A DNA stretch of 64,000 nucleotides from Paragordius varius (lineage: Eukaryota > Animalia > Nematomorpha). Location of the stretch: positions 682,001-746,000 of the forward strand of contig OZ176055.1 of assembly GCA_964247055.1 (NCBI GenBank), read 5' to 3'. Position 1 is the first letter of the stretch. Each line of letters opens with the position of its first letter. A program made the position numbers and the translations under genes. The notes beneath the pieces were generated by a model. It was not told where the DNA came from. It was given only the letters and a program-made list of their open reading frames with translations, and did not search any database. Shown here one piece after another: positions 37,901 to 51,254 of the stretch.

Positions 37901-40900
37901 CACCATTTATATTGTGCGGGATTAATAAATGATTGGTATTTGCATCGCTAAGATTTCGTGATGCTGAACTTTTGTTGTTAAAGATTGAATCTTGCCATTC
38001 AGTTATAACTAGGGAGTCTAGAGATTGTGTGTGTTTAAAATTGACTTTAAAGCAAAGTAAAATATATGTAGTTATATTATTAAATTTCTCCCTCTGAAAA
38101 ACTTATAATACTTTTTTTTGATAAACACATATGGATTATATACATTTATTTTCAAATATTTTTTAATAAAAAGATGAATCTTAGTTTATGTGATTAAAGT
38201 TTCGAGCTATTATTATCATTAATTTTCAAAAGCCGACAAAGAAAATTATATTTGCGATTTTTCCTTATTTAAAAATTTTATAAAAAAATTTAACGTTTTT
38301 TATGCCTTAAAAAATGGAAATGTTTCAAAATCGGTTTATTTGAAGAGAGAATCTTTTATTAATATAAACTATAAAAATTAAAACTAATCTACCATTAGAC
38401 GTGGGGCGATTTACCATCAATCTTGTATTACAAGATAAATTATATATCATAGTATCCAACAATGCGCATACAATTAGACTTAAAAGATATATATGTTGAG
38501 CAATCTCATATTCAGTAAAGCTTACAGTTTCGTTTGCAATTAAATTTGTTCTATTCTGTTGGTCGTATTCTAAAAACAATGTAAAAATCATGAAAAATTA
38601 AAAAAATGCGCCTGAAAATATGGCATTATATCATATTAAAAACAAAACGTGTTAAAACTAAAGGACAAATATTTCTTTATAGTAGAGAAAAAAATATTTT
38701 TTAATTTTTTCCATATAACCCCTAAACGATTAATTCCTATCTTAATTAATTGATTGTTTTACTGAAATACATCTCTTTTCCTTCCTTACTAAACTATTTA
38801 ATTTTTAAACTAAGATTCAGTTCAAAATATACCATTTACAATTCAAATTCACCCTTAAACAATTCAAATTAACCCTTGTACAATTCAAATTCACCCTTGA
38901 ACAATTCAAATTCACCCTAAAAATAAATTATGAAACTTCGGTCTAATATAACTCATTATTAAAATTAAAAATATTTTTATGGCAAAGTTTATTATTTTTT
39001 CAGTTTTGATTACATACAAAATTTCTTTTTTTTTTAAATATAAAAAATATAGTTAATATATAATCTTAAAAAACACATAATTTATTTTAGGGGGAATTTG
39101 AATTGTTCGAGGGTGAATTTGAATTGTTTAAGGGTGAATTTGAACTGTAAATGGTATACATTGATTATCATATATAAAACAAATTGGTTTTTTTACATTT
39201 TATTATGTATATACCTGACATTATGATTAAACAGGCATTGGCATACTTGAGTTCATTTAAGACAAGTTTGATATGTGATAAATTTTGGCTATAACTATCC
39301 AGATTAGAGGTTTGAGGCGATAATTTAAGTAATAGGATATGACACTGTAAAAGACAAGCTTCAAATTTATCCTTAAAACGAATGTATATTTCGGGTGAAT
39401 TATTTAACAAATTTTGAGATGATAAATATATCATAATACGTTTCTTTTTATTATTCATATTGTAGTTTGGAGTATCGATATTATCAAAATCACCCAATAA
39501 TACCAGTATGGTATCAAACATTTTACTATATAAATTTTCAGCAATTTGATTGATGATTAACTCATGGGAAGACATTTCTTGATTGTTGGATGTAATATTT
39601 TTCAAACTATATTTGCAGTAAAAATTAAAAATTATAAAGACTTACTTTAAAATAAAAAAAAAAATTGAAAGTAAAAACCATAATTTTTAATTATAATTCT
39701 TTCTTAATAAATCCTATAAATGATTAGTAATCTCAAATAGTTTTTGATGTTAACACAATAATTATAGTTATAGTATAAAAGGCAAAAAGAAATTTTTACA
39801 AATAATACCACATTTTACACTGTTTAAAAAAATATTTTTATAACGGATTAGTTTTGGTTATGAATAAGAAATTAAGATGTAAGATAATCATATATAAAAT
39901 ATTTTAAAAAAATCATGGAATAAAGAAAATGTTGGCTTTCCCTAAAAATATTTTAAGCCTTTGACTTTTAAACTAAAATTTTTTTTTATATATTTTTCCA
40001 TTTTCATGTAATTATGCAAAAATTAACGTTTCATAATATAATATATTAATACAAACACCCCTTACTTATATATAATGGGCAAAAATTGAATGCACATTTC
40101 ACCAATTTGAGTTTCAACCAAATCAGAATTACTTAGAGACAAATTTTTTTCTTTTTCATTTCCAAGGATTAAATCACAAAAAGCATGCAACATAAAACTA
40201 ATTTTGGGAAATGCGCTTTGTAACCAAACCATGTCTTGTCCTTCGAATGTAAAATTTTTGATTGTGTTTTGGGATTCAAAATTGGATTTTTGGAAAATAA
40301 AATTGGTGTTTTCGGTTCCAACTGTCATCACGTTAGCAAGGGCGTTTTTTAAACGATCAACCAAATCTGAATTATCGGAAAAAGTCTTTTCAGAATGAGT
40401 TATATTATCATTTTTTGACTCATGTATAGTATATGGAATTAATGTTATATATAATAGTTGTCTGAGTGCATTGATTGATTCCTGAATAAATTATCATTTT
40501 ACAATAATTACCAAACATAGTTGGGCATTTACATCTTTATATTTTAAACAAATTTTGAACAAAGTTGAACTGGTTAAAGGCAATATCCTTCTAAAGTTTT
40601 GGACAAACAAGTTTTTTGGTGTGTTTACTTCAGTTACAAAATCTAAATATAAATTAGTTAATACCTAGGGTAGAATTAAATAATAAGTTAATAATTTTTA
40701 ATATCTTCGAGGTGTCATGTTTATCGGCAACAATCAAAAGTTTGTTTAAAACAAAAAATAAAATTCCAATATAATTTATTCTATCGCCTTGGCAAAAATT
40801 ATTAATGACCCTAGATTGGAAAATTATTTAACTTTGGTTCAGTTTTAGCAATAAGCTTCTCCAATCTATTTATCGTAGTGGAGGCTGGCACTAAATCTAA

Positions 40901-42048
40901 TTTATGCTCATTTAATATTAGAGATATATAAAGATTAAATGTTTGCGTGTATTGAAGAGTATCTTTTGACTTTTCAACCACCAAATTTGATAAATTTAAA
41001 CTTTTAAATGAGATATCCATATGACGCTTAATTTAAAAACGTTACATTGTGGTAATTTTGTGAGCTAACAAAAAAATAAAACAGCCTAAAATTTTATAAT
41101 TTACATATTATTTAAATTTAATAATACTAAAGTTTGGATATACAGTCATTAAAAAAATTGATAGGATGTGCGCATAAATCAATACTATTTTTAAGGAAAT
41201 GCCTCCATGCACAATGCATAAACAATTAACCTTATGAAACATATTCTGATTAAAAATCAAAGCTTTAGGTGCTTTTAATTTTGATGAAGCGTGATAAAAT
41301 GTTATTGCCACTTTTGTGGTAACAACTCAATAGAGAATAACAAATTATGCGGACATTTTGCTAATTTTTTTTTGGTGAAAGCTAAATGTTGCAAAAATTA
41401 TCGCTAAAGTATAATACACATATAAAAATAAATGTTTTTATATTAAAAGTAATATGTGATCAACTCGTCAAAAGGCAAGCTTACTTAAAATAAAAGCAGA
41501 AAGAGCGAGATTGACGATATAGGTTAATGCTAAATTTTTGGTTGAAACAGTTGGAAAAATAGTAAAAAAACACCTGTAGGATGAAGGTATGTTTGCATTT
41601 ATAGTTGAGTAAACTTTTTTAATATGATCTAGCATAACATTTAAATTCGCACAACTCGGCATTTTTGTGGAACGAACTAGCTCATTTAGACGAGCAAAAA
41701 TATGGGACCTTCTTAGAGGACATCTAAAATTTAAATTTTTTAAAATTCTTGTTTTGCTTTTATCTGTTTATGATATGTTTTAGTGATATTTTTTGGAATA
41801 AAACATTTAATTTCCGCCAAAAAAATTTATTTAAAAAATCTGCACCAATTGACATTTGCCACAAAACTGTAAATAACGTTATTACAGAACTCTTAAGGCC
41901 CAAAATCATCAGCACCATGAGATTCCGGATACATTTATTCAAAATATATATATTTTATTAAAATATTTTTATACCCTCTCTTAACCCAATTTGTGACGCA
42001 GTATATCTAAATTATGACATCAAAAATTTAAAAAAATATATATTTTGC

Positions 42049-42080
<32 letters not shown>

Positions 42081-42713
42081 TCAATACAATCAAATTCTTC
42101 TAAATATTCTATCACAATTCGGATTATAAATTAAAGCAGATTTTTTATGAAAGATGCATATTACTTTTAACTTTAAAGACACATTGGTTTTAAAACTTCA
42201 TTACCTTTTCATTATTATTTACTTCCCGAGGCTTAAACGAACTTTTATTTTGAAATTTTTTTAGCATTATCAAATTTTCGCTTATATTGAATAAAACACT
42301 TTTTAAAATACATTTATCTTTCAAACCCAAATTTAAATAGCTCCAAACATAATGAAACGATCAAGAGATATTAACACTAATAAATATCAATTAAAAAGCT
42401 TACCATAGTTTATTATGTATATTTTTGAACCATAATATACATTTTTTTACCAGTTGCGTTTAAGATTTTAATATAATTAAAGATTAATGGCACAATAAAG
42501 TTAAGATGGGGATTATTTTACCATTTTTTTTAATTATTGTATCATGGACCGAGACTAAAGAATGCATATTTTTGAATTTGGCCCACCCAAAAATATTTTT
42601 CAAGATCATCAAGTTTTAAATGGCCGCAAGGTATATGATTACCCAAAAAAAGGATGGAGTGTAGATTACTCGTAAGGGCTAAAATCAAGAGCGACATGAT
42701 AATCCGGATCCAT
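28908..42713 (-). CDS. Large (~1,500 aa) multi-exon protein of unrecognised family, probably largely alpha-helical; true N-terminus uncertain
   Basis: Phase-consistent GT-AG exon chain (minus): 42713(ATG)-42670, 41723-41484, 41325-41231, 41026-40833, 40810-40665, 40642-40512, 40481-40066, 39606-39215, 38569-38393, 38017-37817, 37193-37041, 36974-36899, 36507-36319, 35396-34881, 34258-33643, 32859-32737, 32226-32121, 31625-31211, 30444-30351, 29147-29052, 28961-28908 (TGA). It links most long minus-strand ORFs of the ORF track. No motif recognised. Confidence 0.7.
29560..29798. mobile_element. MITE family A
   Basis: TIRs with TA flanks. Confidence 0.8.
30034..30326. mobile_element. MITE family C
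   Basis: TA|CAGTAAAA ... TTTTACTG|TA. Confidence 0.8.
30805..31093. mobile_element. MITE family C
   Basis: Long TIRs, right end decayed. Confidence 0.75.
32879..33145. mobile_element. MITE family A
   Basis: TIRs and core, slightly decayed. Confidence 0.75.
33363..33608. mobile_element. MITE family A
   Basis: TIRs with TA flanks, 34 nt from a splice donor. Confidence 0.75.
35494..35680. mobile_element. Fold-back MITE family G (ATGCATACTG end) embedded in (TA)n
   Basis: ~70-bp TIRs (AATGGTTGCTTA..CTATAGTAGGGGGCAATT); partial copies at ~46555-46610 and ~61350-61423. Confidence 0.85.
35810..36029. mobile_element. MITE family C
   Basis: TA|CAGTAAAA ... TTTTACTG|TA. Confidence 0.85.
37448..37741. 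mobile_element. MITE family C
   Basis: TA-flanked long TIRs. Confidence 0.85.
38830..39156. mobile_element. MITE family A
   Basis: Near-perfect TIRs, TA TSD, repeat arrays at both ends. Confidence 0.9.
40482..40511 (-). other. 30-nt micro-intron (unknown gene)
   Basis: GTAATTATTGTAAAATGATAATTTATTCAG contains in-frame stops; removal keeps the frame into the 40364 ORF. Confidence 0.7.
40643..40664 (-). other. 22-nt micro-intron (unknown gene)
   Basis: GTATTAACTAATTTATATTTAG; frame restoring, contains CTAAT. Confidence 0.75.
40811..40832 (-). other. 22-nt micro-intron (unknown gene)
   Basis: GTTAAATAATTTTCCAATCTAG; its TAG is the stop of the 40811..41020 ORF, and removal continues the frame. 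Confidence 0.7.
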
Positions 42714-44630
42714 TTTCTATCAGAAAGTATATTTTTATCAGGATTTTATTTTATTTTACCCGGTTTCGGACACTGTACTTTTTACTGAATATTTGATATT
42801 TGTTGGTGAAATATATATAGATTTTCTGTGGTAGTTTGGTAAGTTTGATACAATATGTACCATTTTCGCAGTCGAATGGCGATATTGTATTGGCAGTTTT
42901 TATATATTTTTATATTTCATACGTTTTTAAAACACAGTTTTAAATGTTTTAAAAAGCTTGGAATTTTGTTCTAATAATTTTATAGTTATATGGTTATGAT
43001 TTAGGTCATAGTGTAAAATACTACTTTTTGTGCCAATCTTTAAGAAAGAAACCTTAGCGAATATTTCTTGGAATAAATTTGTTAGAGTGTCATTGCCAGG
43101 TGACGCATAAGCTTGGTTAAAATGTCGTTATATCCTTCTTGTTTTTCAATTTCAACTTTTTCTAATTTTTCTGATTCTCCTTGATGTTAATTATTAATTT
43201 AAGCCTACTCAAATAAATTAGATCCGTAGAATTTTTTAACGTACCTCTCTCACTGTCTGACAGGGAACTGTTGTCTGTAACAATATCTCCATCCTTGCTT
43301 TTCAATAGGCTTTTGTTAGATTTAGACTTAGTGGTATAACATGGTGTATATCGTCCTTATTAGCAACGTTTTTAAATGTTGTTGCCACTATGGGCGCTAC
43401 CTGGAACCCTGTAAATTATATATATTTTATAATGGCTGTTCAATAAGTTTGAGTGACGACGTTTGACTGCTACCAAACTTATTTATGCTATTTTGATTTA
43501 TTTGATATAATTTTTGTGTGAGGATAGATTCTCGGCTGTACTAATGGTTATTTCTTGTAACGATGATTATAGGTTTTAGCATTTTTATCAGCATTATGTG
43601 TACAAACCTGTAAAAACAGTGGAAATTTTGTACGCATTGATAAAAAATATAATTTATGTTTATGATGTTTTACGTGAGAATCACAATGATTTTGGTCAAA
43701 AAATAGACAGAACCATACGCTTTTAGATTGCCGGAAGAAGTTATTGCCACTTTTATCTTCGAAGTCAGGGAGTCGCGAAAATAGTGAACATAATAGTTAA
43801 TTAATATTTTTAAATCCGAAAGTTTGAATTTTGTAAAACTCTCTAAAATGGACAAATTTACATAAAATTAACGGAAGCAAAGATTGGTGAGTAATTATTT
43901 AATTAAATATTTATTTTGTTGGAGCACATCTTATGATATATGCATGTTAGAAACAGTATAAAAACGCGATATTTATATGTTGTTTAATATACACACACAT
44001 CATAAAGACAATTTTATAACATATCAATTATCCAATTTTATCCTACGAGAAAAAATTGCCCAGTGTTTACAGTACAACCTGCTGCTATTACAGGGTTTAC
44101 GTTGGTGAATTCAGATGCGTAATCCTAATTTATACCCCGCTGAGCATGACCGCAAGTAACACCCCCATATATTTATCTGAGTTTTGAATACGTGGTATAA
44201 TACTCATAGATAAGACTGTTTTTCAAAGTTCTTCAAATTCCTAAGTATAAAGCCTCTCGCAGTAGAGAAAACAGCATCTTATTTCATTTAATTTGGGACA
44301 CGTAACTTAGCCTTTGTAACCTTTTTTTAATTAGTATTTTTTTACAATTTATAACAAATCTGATTATTTTATATATCTTTAGACAATTACACAATCCCTT
44401 TTATAATGTGTAACATTTTAGGATTTCATTAATATTCAATTGTTTTCCTTTAGTAAATTTATATAGAGTCTTTACTCCTACGTTTTCTTTATACACAAAA
44501 TGTTTAAAACAAAAAAGAGAAATAATTATATTCTTTCTTACGCTTTGCCAAAAATTGTCGTTGGTTATGTCCGGCCTAAGAAAAAATTTTTTTGGAATAC
44601 CAAATTTACACGGACATAGTAATAAACATA

Positions 44631-44809
44631 CAGTATGAGTAGTATATATTGCTAGAAAGTTATTAATTATTGCCAAATAGCATATACAACAAAGGGCAGT
44701 ATTATTGGCTTATAATTTTTTTTTACCTTTTTTCTCAATAATTCTCTTTGTCGCATATGCTATTGGCAATAATTAATAATTATCTAAAAATATATACTTA
44801 CTCATACTA
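44631..44809. mobile_element. MITE family E (TA|CAGTATGAGT), fold-back
   Basis: ~55-bp imperfect TIRs; reverse copy at 50377. Confidence 0.75.
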
Positions 44810-47800
44810 TAATATTTTATACAATGCCTCAAATATTATGTATTAAAATAATATAAATATGATAATACCCAAACATGCACAATAATTATTTATTTCTCCT
44901 AATAATAAAACACATTCAATATTTTGATTTTGAAATATTTATTGATTGGATTATAAAGATGCTTCAAGAAAAATAAAAATAATCATACAACACTATCATG
45001 ATTAAGTTTTAATTAATGTATTATTAATCTATAAGGAGTTTATTTGCCACATGTCTTCATAGGATTAGGTTTGTAAAGATAAACTGAAACGTTAAAAATT
45101 TTATCAAGCGTCTTCTTAGACACACCATTACTTAACCAATTATCATAATTTACTATCGCATATGATGGATAAGTTTGCGTTACCGTGGATTCCGTTGTTT
45201 CATTAGTTAAGTTGATGGAGACTCCATTGTTTCTTTGATGGACCGTTATCTGAAAAAAACACATATTTTTAACATAAATTGTTGTTAAACACCCGGGAGG
45301 ACAGATAAAGATAAGAGTAATAAAATAATTGGGTTGTGCTGACCAAGTCAATGACTGTTTATTTTTTGGCCATGATCATTTAAAAAACAGCTGTTTTCGA
45401 AAAATTGCTGGTAAATTTTTTTGAAAGAGAAATAATTTTATTGTTTTTTGTTATATTTTTCATAAATATTAATTAAATATTTAAATTTTCTTATTAAACA
45501 ATATAAAATTGTTAAACATGCATCTTTAAAACATTAGCATTTAAGGATATAACAGTTATTTTGAAAAACAAAACAATTAAGCACTTTGCAAAATATTCAA
45601 TTATTCCATATATGTGAACCAATAAAATTAAAACATTTAATTTGATACTACAATGATGAAGGAAAGTATATAACAAACTCGAATTTTATTTGAAATATCC
45701 AGTATTAAAAGCTATATATTTGATCAGAAGGCCCCAAACATGTGGTAAAATTTATTTAAAACAAAATTCATTTTGATTGAAAATATTTGTAATAAATATC
45801 AAAAAAATGTATAAATACAAACTTTTAAGAAAAAACATGACATTATCAATGAAATTCAAGTGTCGTTCGAACATTATTTCACAATCCAATATCGCATAAG
45901 TAAAAAGTGGTCATGACCATGGTCTGACTTAGTCCGGACATTTTTGAAAAAGCAGTCAAATGCACAACCCTAGTTGTGACCATGTAAAAATAATAATCAG
46001 TATGATAATATTTTTTGAGATGGAAACCAACTAGCTCTATGAGGATAGGGTTCACATAGCATATTATAAAAAAGAATCCCCCTTTATATTCGTTTTTTTT
46101 CATATCTTTTGGTAAGGATTACTAATTAATTCCTATAAACTTATGTGCCACTCTTTAGTTTTTCATGGTTTAATTCGATGATCAACAAAACATTTTTTTT
46201 ATTCAGTCTCTCATGATAAGACTATGCTCAGTTCGCTTCTTTAATACTATTTGAAAATCTCACGCTCTTATCGTTTACTGATTCTTAACGTACAATATAA
46301 ATAAATCGTGGGTATAAATATTCTGATAGAATAAAGATTTTTATAGTAAAATGTTTTGGATAATGATGGTGCTTGTAATTTATAAAAATGTATTCCACTT
46401 TTCTGGTAGGTGCTCCATATCAGAAAAATGGAAAAATTATTTTATATAAAAATTTTTTTTGGTCAAAATGATCCTTTCCAAAAATACCACTAAAATAAAT
46501 TATAAACGGTAAAAAGCAAAATAATATTTAAAAAAACAATACTTTCCTCTCTTATACCATACACGCAAGTGTTGCGAATTGCCCCCTACTATAGTGAAAT
46601 AAGCAATCAATAAAAAAATTTGTGAATCTAATATTTACATGTTTAACCAAGGTATAATAACGTGTACAGGTTAAATACGAAATTGATACAATAGTTTAAT
46701 ACAAATACTAAAAGGTCATTAAATTGTAATCAAATTCAAATATATAAATTTGTCTAGTCTAAGGTTAGCTAACTGATGTATAATTTATCACAATCACACC
46801 TAAATTAATAAACATAGAATGTACTAATTGGCAAAAAGAAGACACCACACAAAAGTAGGAATATTGGTTATCAGTAACCAAATAAAGAATCGAGTAGGAT
46901 AGATTTTGAAAGTTTAAATTACACAAGCAAGGCAATAAAAAGTATTTAATCTCAATAACAATACAAGTCCAGAAAGAGTTAACATTGAGATTGGGTCAGA
47001 TTTAAAATAAGAGAAAAATGGCGCCGCTGTAGCATTGTATGCTTCAACTGCTTAGCAATCGTTTAAAAAATTATTTAAAAACATATTCACAGGTTTACAA
47101 AAATTAAATCACCAAGGCAATTGCAATATGCGTAACACTGTCAGTGAGGCTATAGATTATCAGAAATGGCTAATTTTAACTAAAACAAATCTTCTGTTAC
47201 TGATACAAAAAATGGTTTTTAATAATTATGATATATTCCGCTCGCCATTATTAATAATCTAATAGAAATGAAATTAAAAATACTGTTTTGTAGTCTTCTG
47301 TTTTATATAATTTTGATTCCGAAGAGTTGAAAATATTCGCAATCCTTATGCGGTTATAAAGTCCAGATGCATTTAATGCAATCTAAAAATATATTTTATA
47401 CAATATATAAAAGGTATGAAAAGAATGGAAACATTTATTTAAGATTTCCACAATGCCTTTGGTTTAGAGGCCAAAAAATTTTTTAAAAAGCACCATATCA
47501 AAAAATCGCAAAATTAGCTTATTTTATATTAATTTTATAATTTTTATAGCAAATTTTTTAAACGAATCCTGACGATGTCTTTGCATGAACATTTGAGATT
47601 TTAATATTTTTTTCATTTATAATTTAACAAACCTTCGTGGTTACGAGAAAATAATATAATTCGCACATATTTTGTTAAATAAATTTTATTGGGTGCAAAC
47701 TGAATTCTTCCAAAAAAATATTAGTAATTCTAAGGACTATTTGCTTTTGAATTTGGGTAAATTTCTATAAAAAAAACAATTTTTTTTAACATAAATAATA

Positions 47801-49281
47801 CTGAAAAAATAAGAAGCTATGCTATACATTATTTATTTTAAGGGTGAAATTAAATTGTTCGAGGGTTAATTTATTGAGAATCGCATTGTTCAAAGGTTAA
47901 TTTGAATTATAAATAGTATAATATAATTATTGAAAAAATAGGTTTTTATAATAATGACTATCATAGCTGGTTTAAATATAATATGTTTACTTTCTCAAGC
48001 CATAATTTGAAATCGGTTTCGTGGTTAACTTTTTTCAATATGTGTGATTGGAAATCAGAAAGCTCATACTTATCATTGACATTTTCATTTTGTCCACCAT
48101 AACAATATTTTGTTTTATATCCCAAATAGATGGAGTTATTGATGAAAACTAAATCAACGTTCCTAAACCATAAAATTTATAAAATAAAAATAACACATAA
48201 ATTATAACAAATTGATGTACCATTTGCACAAGAATGTCTTTTAAAAGTCCTAGTTGCGCCTCTAACATTTCAAGAGTGCCCTTAAAAACTTAAAATTGGT
48301 CCTATAACAATAAAAAGTATTCATCCATAATCCCATCAAGTTGGTCCTTGATTATTATTTTAAACCATAATTTGCATCCTCCTTTATTAACTAATATAAT
48401 TAATTAAGAAAAAATGTTATTGAATGATAAAATTGAAAATCGCTCATAGTTTAAGTTAATTTAAAATATTAGGTTAGGAATAGAGAGGAGAGATGAATAT
48501 AATTTGATTGATAAAAGTTATAGGCCAAATAATAAGTTGTAAGAACAATTTGAATTAATAAGGACAATTTTTTAAGATTTTTTTTGAAACGCCAAGGAAT
48601 ATATTGAAATATTTAAGGACACTCGATTGACATATTGGATAATCAGGGATTGAACCAAAATTATTAGTTTTTTGGGGCCGTTTTTGATCCAAAAAGGCAA
48701 AAAATTCCCAATCTCGAGAAAGTATAATTTAAATCATTTTAATATCTTGATCTTTAGTTTTATTTTCTTTCAAAATATGAATTATAAATTGTTAATATGT
48801 TAATGAAAATTGCAATAGAAAGATTGACCATTTTTTTTACCAAAACTTATGGAATACGAATTAATTTGACAAAAAAATTGAAATGGGAAAGGACTGTTAG
48901 GGTTGTGTGGATTAGAACTGCAAATGCAATACATATAACTTGAAACCGATACAAAATTTGTTCCAGTTTGATTCCTGATATAATTGACGATAAATATATT
49001 CGAGCATTGCAGTTGCCAATATAACTTTCTATTTAATAATTTTGCACAATCATTATAGCTTAAATGCAAAATCTAAAAAAGTTCTGTCTAATTTTTACAA
49101 CCACTTGAACATTAATTCCAAGCGTTGATTGGTGTTTATTTTTGGAACTTAAGACAAATATCTAAAAAAAATTTTTTTGCAGAGAAGTGAAATTCCAAAC
49201 AATTGAAGCACTGTAATTGCGTTTAGTTTAAATGACTTAACCAAATTAGTATGAGTAGTATACATTGCTATTTTTTTATTA

Positions 49282-49506
49282 CAGTCATGTTTCCTTTATT
49301 TTATCAAAAAAAAATTTTTTCGTTAAATGGGTATAAATATTTGTTAAAAAATGGAGAAAACAAGAGCTTATAGTTATTCCTTACTTTTTTGCTGAATATG
49401 ATATTGTTATTACCATGGAGCTATTGTTCTTTCCATTCTTAACAAATATTTATAACCATTTAACGAAAGAAAATAAATTTTTGATAAAATAAAGGATACA
49501 TGACTG
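49282..49506. mobile_element. Fold-back MITE family F (TA|CAGTCATG)
   Basis: ~90-bp near-perfect inverted repeats with TA flanks. Confidence 0.85.
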
Positions 49507-49924
49507 TAATATGTCGAATAGCACATACAGCCAGCCGCCATACTATTAACCAATGGCAGTAAAAAGTAAAAAAATAACTATAGACTAATAATATTTTCCT
49601 TTGTTTTATATCTATCTGGTAATAATTACCAAAAAACCAGCAATGATTTAGAACTCAAAAAAATGGACCTCACGTTGCATATAAATAAAATATATTTATA
49701 AAAAAAATAAAGCATGTATAAAAATTTGATAACACACAATTTCTGCATTTTTGCAATCTTTTACATAATTTTTAAGAGAGCAGCAGCATATACATTTAAG
49801 TGATAGGATTAAAAGTTAATATTTTACATTAGAATTATATCTTTGGTGAAAAAATTATCAAATCGAAACCCTGAGCGGATAAAAAATATTACTTGGAATT
49901 ATAACCGTTCTTAGAAAATTATTT

Positions 49925-50160
49925 GGGTAGCATATGGTTAATGATTAATTTATGAGATCCAAATCACTGGAAAAATCCTTCTTGTTGGGAGGTAAGGCTT
50001 GTAAAAGGGGCCGAAAGAGGATAAGGTGGATAGACAATATTTTACAAGAAACCAATGCAACCTTGGCAGAACTCAACATTAAAACTAAAAATCGCAACTT
50101 ATGGAAAAGTTTTACTTATAATATTGGAAAAAGTCGACCTCGACTGTAGCAATATACACA
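49925..50160 (+). mobile_element. RTE-BovB-like LINE 3' end remnant
   Basis: SLEKSFLLG..KRGRKRIRWIDNI..TLAEL..NRNLWKSFTYNIGKSRPRL*, followed by a short CA tail. Confidence 0.75.
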
Positions 50161-50376
50161 CACAATGGATGTCAAAACAACTTTGTACTCTTTTTACAAA
50201 ATGAATATAATGGTTAAGTTTTTTTAAAAAAAATTATACTTGAGTGATGAATCATTGTACGTAATATTGTAGGTACCAGACTTATTGATTTTGCACAAAG
50301 CGTCCATGTTAATATAGTTATCCTTCCCATCTAACAAAAATGTTTAACTGGAATAACATTTATTACAAACATTTTA

Positions 50377-50560
50377 CAGTATGAGTAAGTATACATTTCT
50401 AAGTTATTAACTATTATTGCAAATAGCGTATGCAGCAAAGAGAATTATTAGTGGCTAATGATGGTAAAGTGAAAATAATAAGCTTATAATACTGCCCTTA
50501 TTGTATATGCTATTCGGCTATACTTAACAACTTTCTAGCAATGTATACTAACTCATGCTC
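50377..50560. mobile_element. MITE family E
   Basis: Reverse-orientation relative of the 44631 copy. Confidence 0.7.
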
Positions 50561-51234
50561 TAATTAATATAATGTTAATAAATATATTTTATCTTTTTGA
50601 GGACGATAGGATTTTTATAGCCCAAAGCTTATGTTTTTAGTTTAAAATTAAATTATCAAACATTGTTCTTCTGTATTTGATAAAAAATTTATATGTTTAA
50701 AAATTTTATTAAACTCCAAAATTGAGTAACTCTGAATCCCGATACTTAAAACAAACCAATTTTTCAGTTTTTTGCCTATTGTGTTAGCGATTTAAATTGG
50801 TTTCTTAAGAAAAAGGCGATAAAAAATTGCATGCGTATAATTTTAAACATTCTTTAAGTTTTATATTATTCATAAGCTCCTATATGATAAAATCGCCGCT
50901 CTGGGTATCAGTTATCCAAAATATGTTCAATTCCTTTATAATTAATATTAGATTTATATGTCCAAATTGATTTTAAAACATGAATGAATGTTTCGATTAT
51001 CTTTGTCAAATTTAAAATCAAATACTAATATAGACTAAAACAATATTTACAATATATATTTAGAAATTGCCTTTGATGTAGTTAATACCAACAATTCAGG
51101 AAATGTTATATTTAATTAGATGATATGAACGAAATATCATACATATACAGAGGCATCCAACAGAGATATTCGAGGGTTGATTTGATAATTTTTGTTTTTT
51201 AAGGCTCATTTTTGGAGGTTTTATTTTTTAAATC

Positions 51235-51254
51235 GGGGGGGGGGGGGGGGGGGT
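51235..51254 (+). repeat. G20 homopolymer
   Basis: Direct inspection. Confidence 0.85.

Noticed and set aside
41027-41045. Possible 19-nt GT-AG intron
   Set aside because: A phase-consistent model exists using only its AG as acceptor from the 41231 donor, so it is not required.
41530-41573. Possible 44-nt intron
   Set aside because: Read-through is open and gives the phase needed for the next exon.
43050-43110. NDTLTNLFQEIFAK resembling the SGT1 SGS motif
   Set aside because: Too short; the downstream RAMNKSF/STNW motifs are absent.
42400-44330. Non-standard genetic code or stop read-through to explain in-frame stops
   Set aside because: All recognised genes use TAA/TGA as normal stops and have no internal stops once spliced.
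46700-48500. Decayed hAT-like transposase fragments
   Set aside because: Only weak peptide resemblance with many stops and no TIR/TSD found; not reported as a feature.
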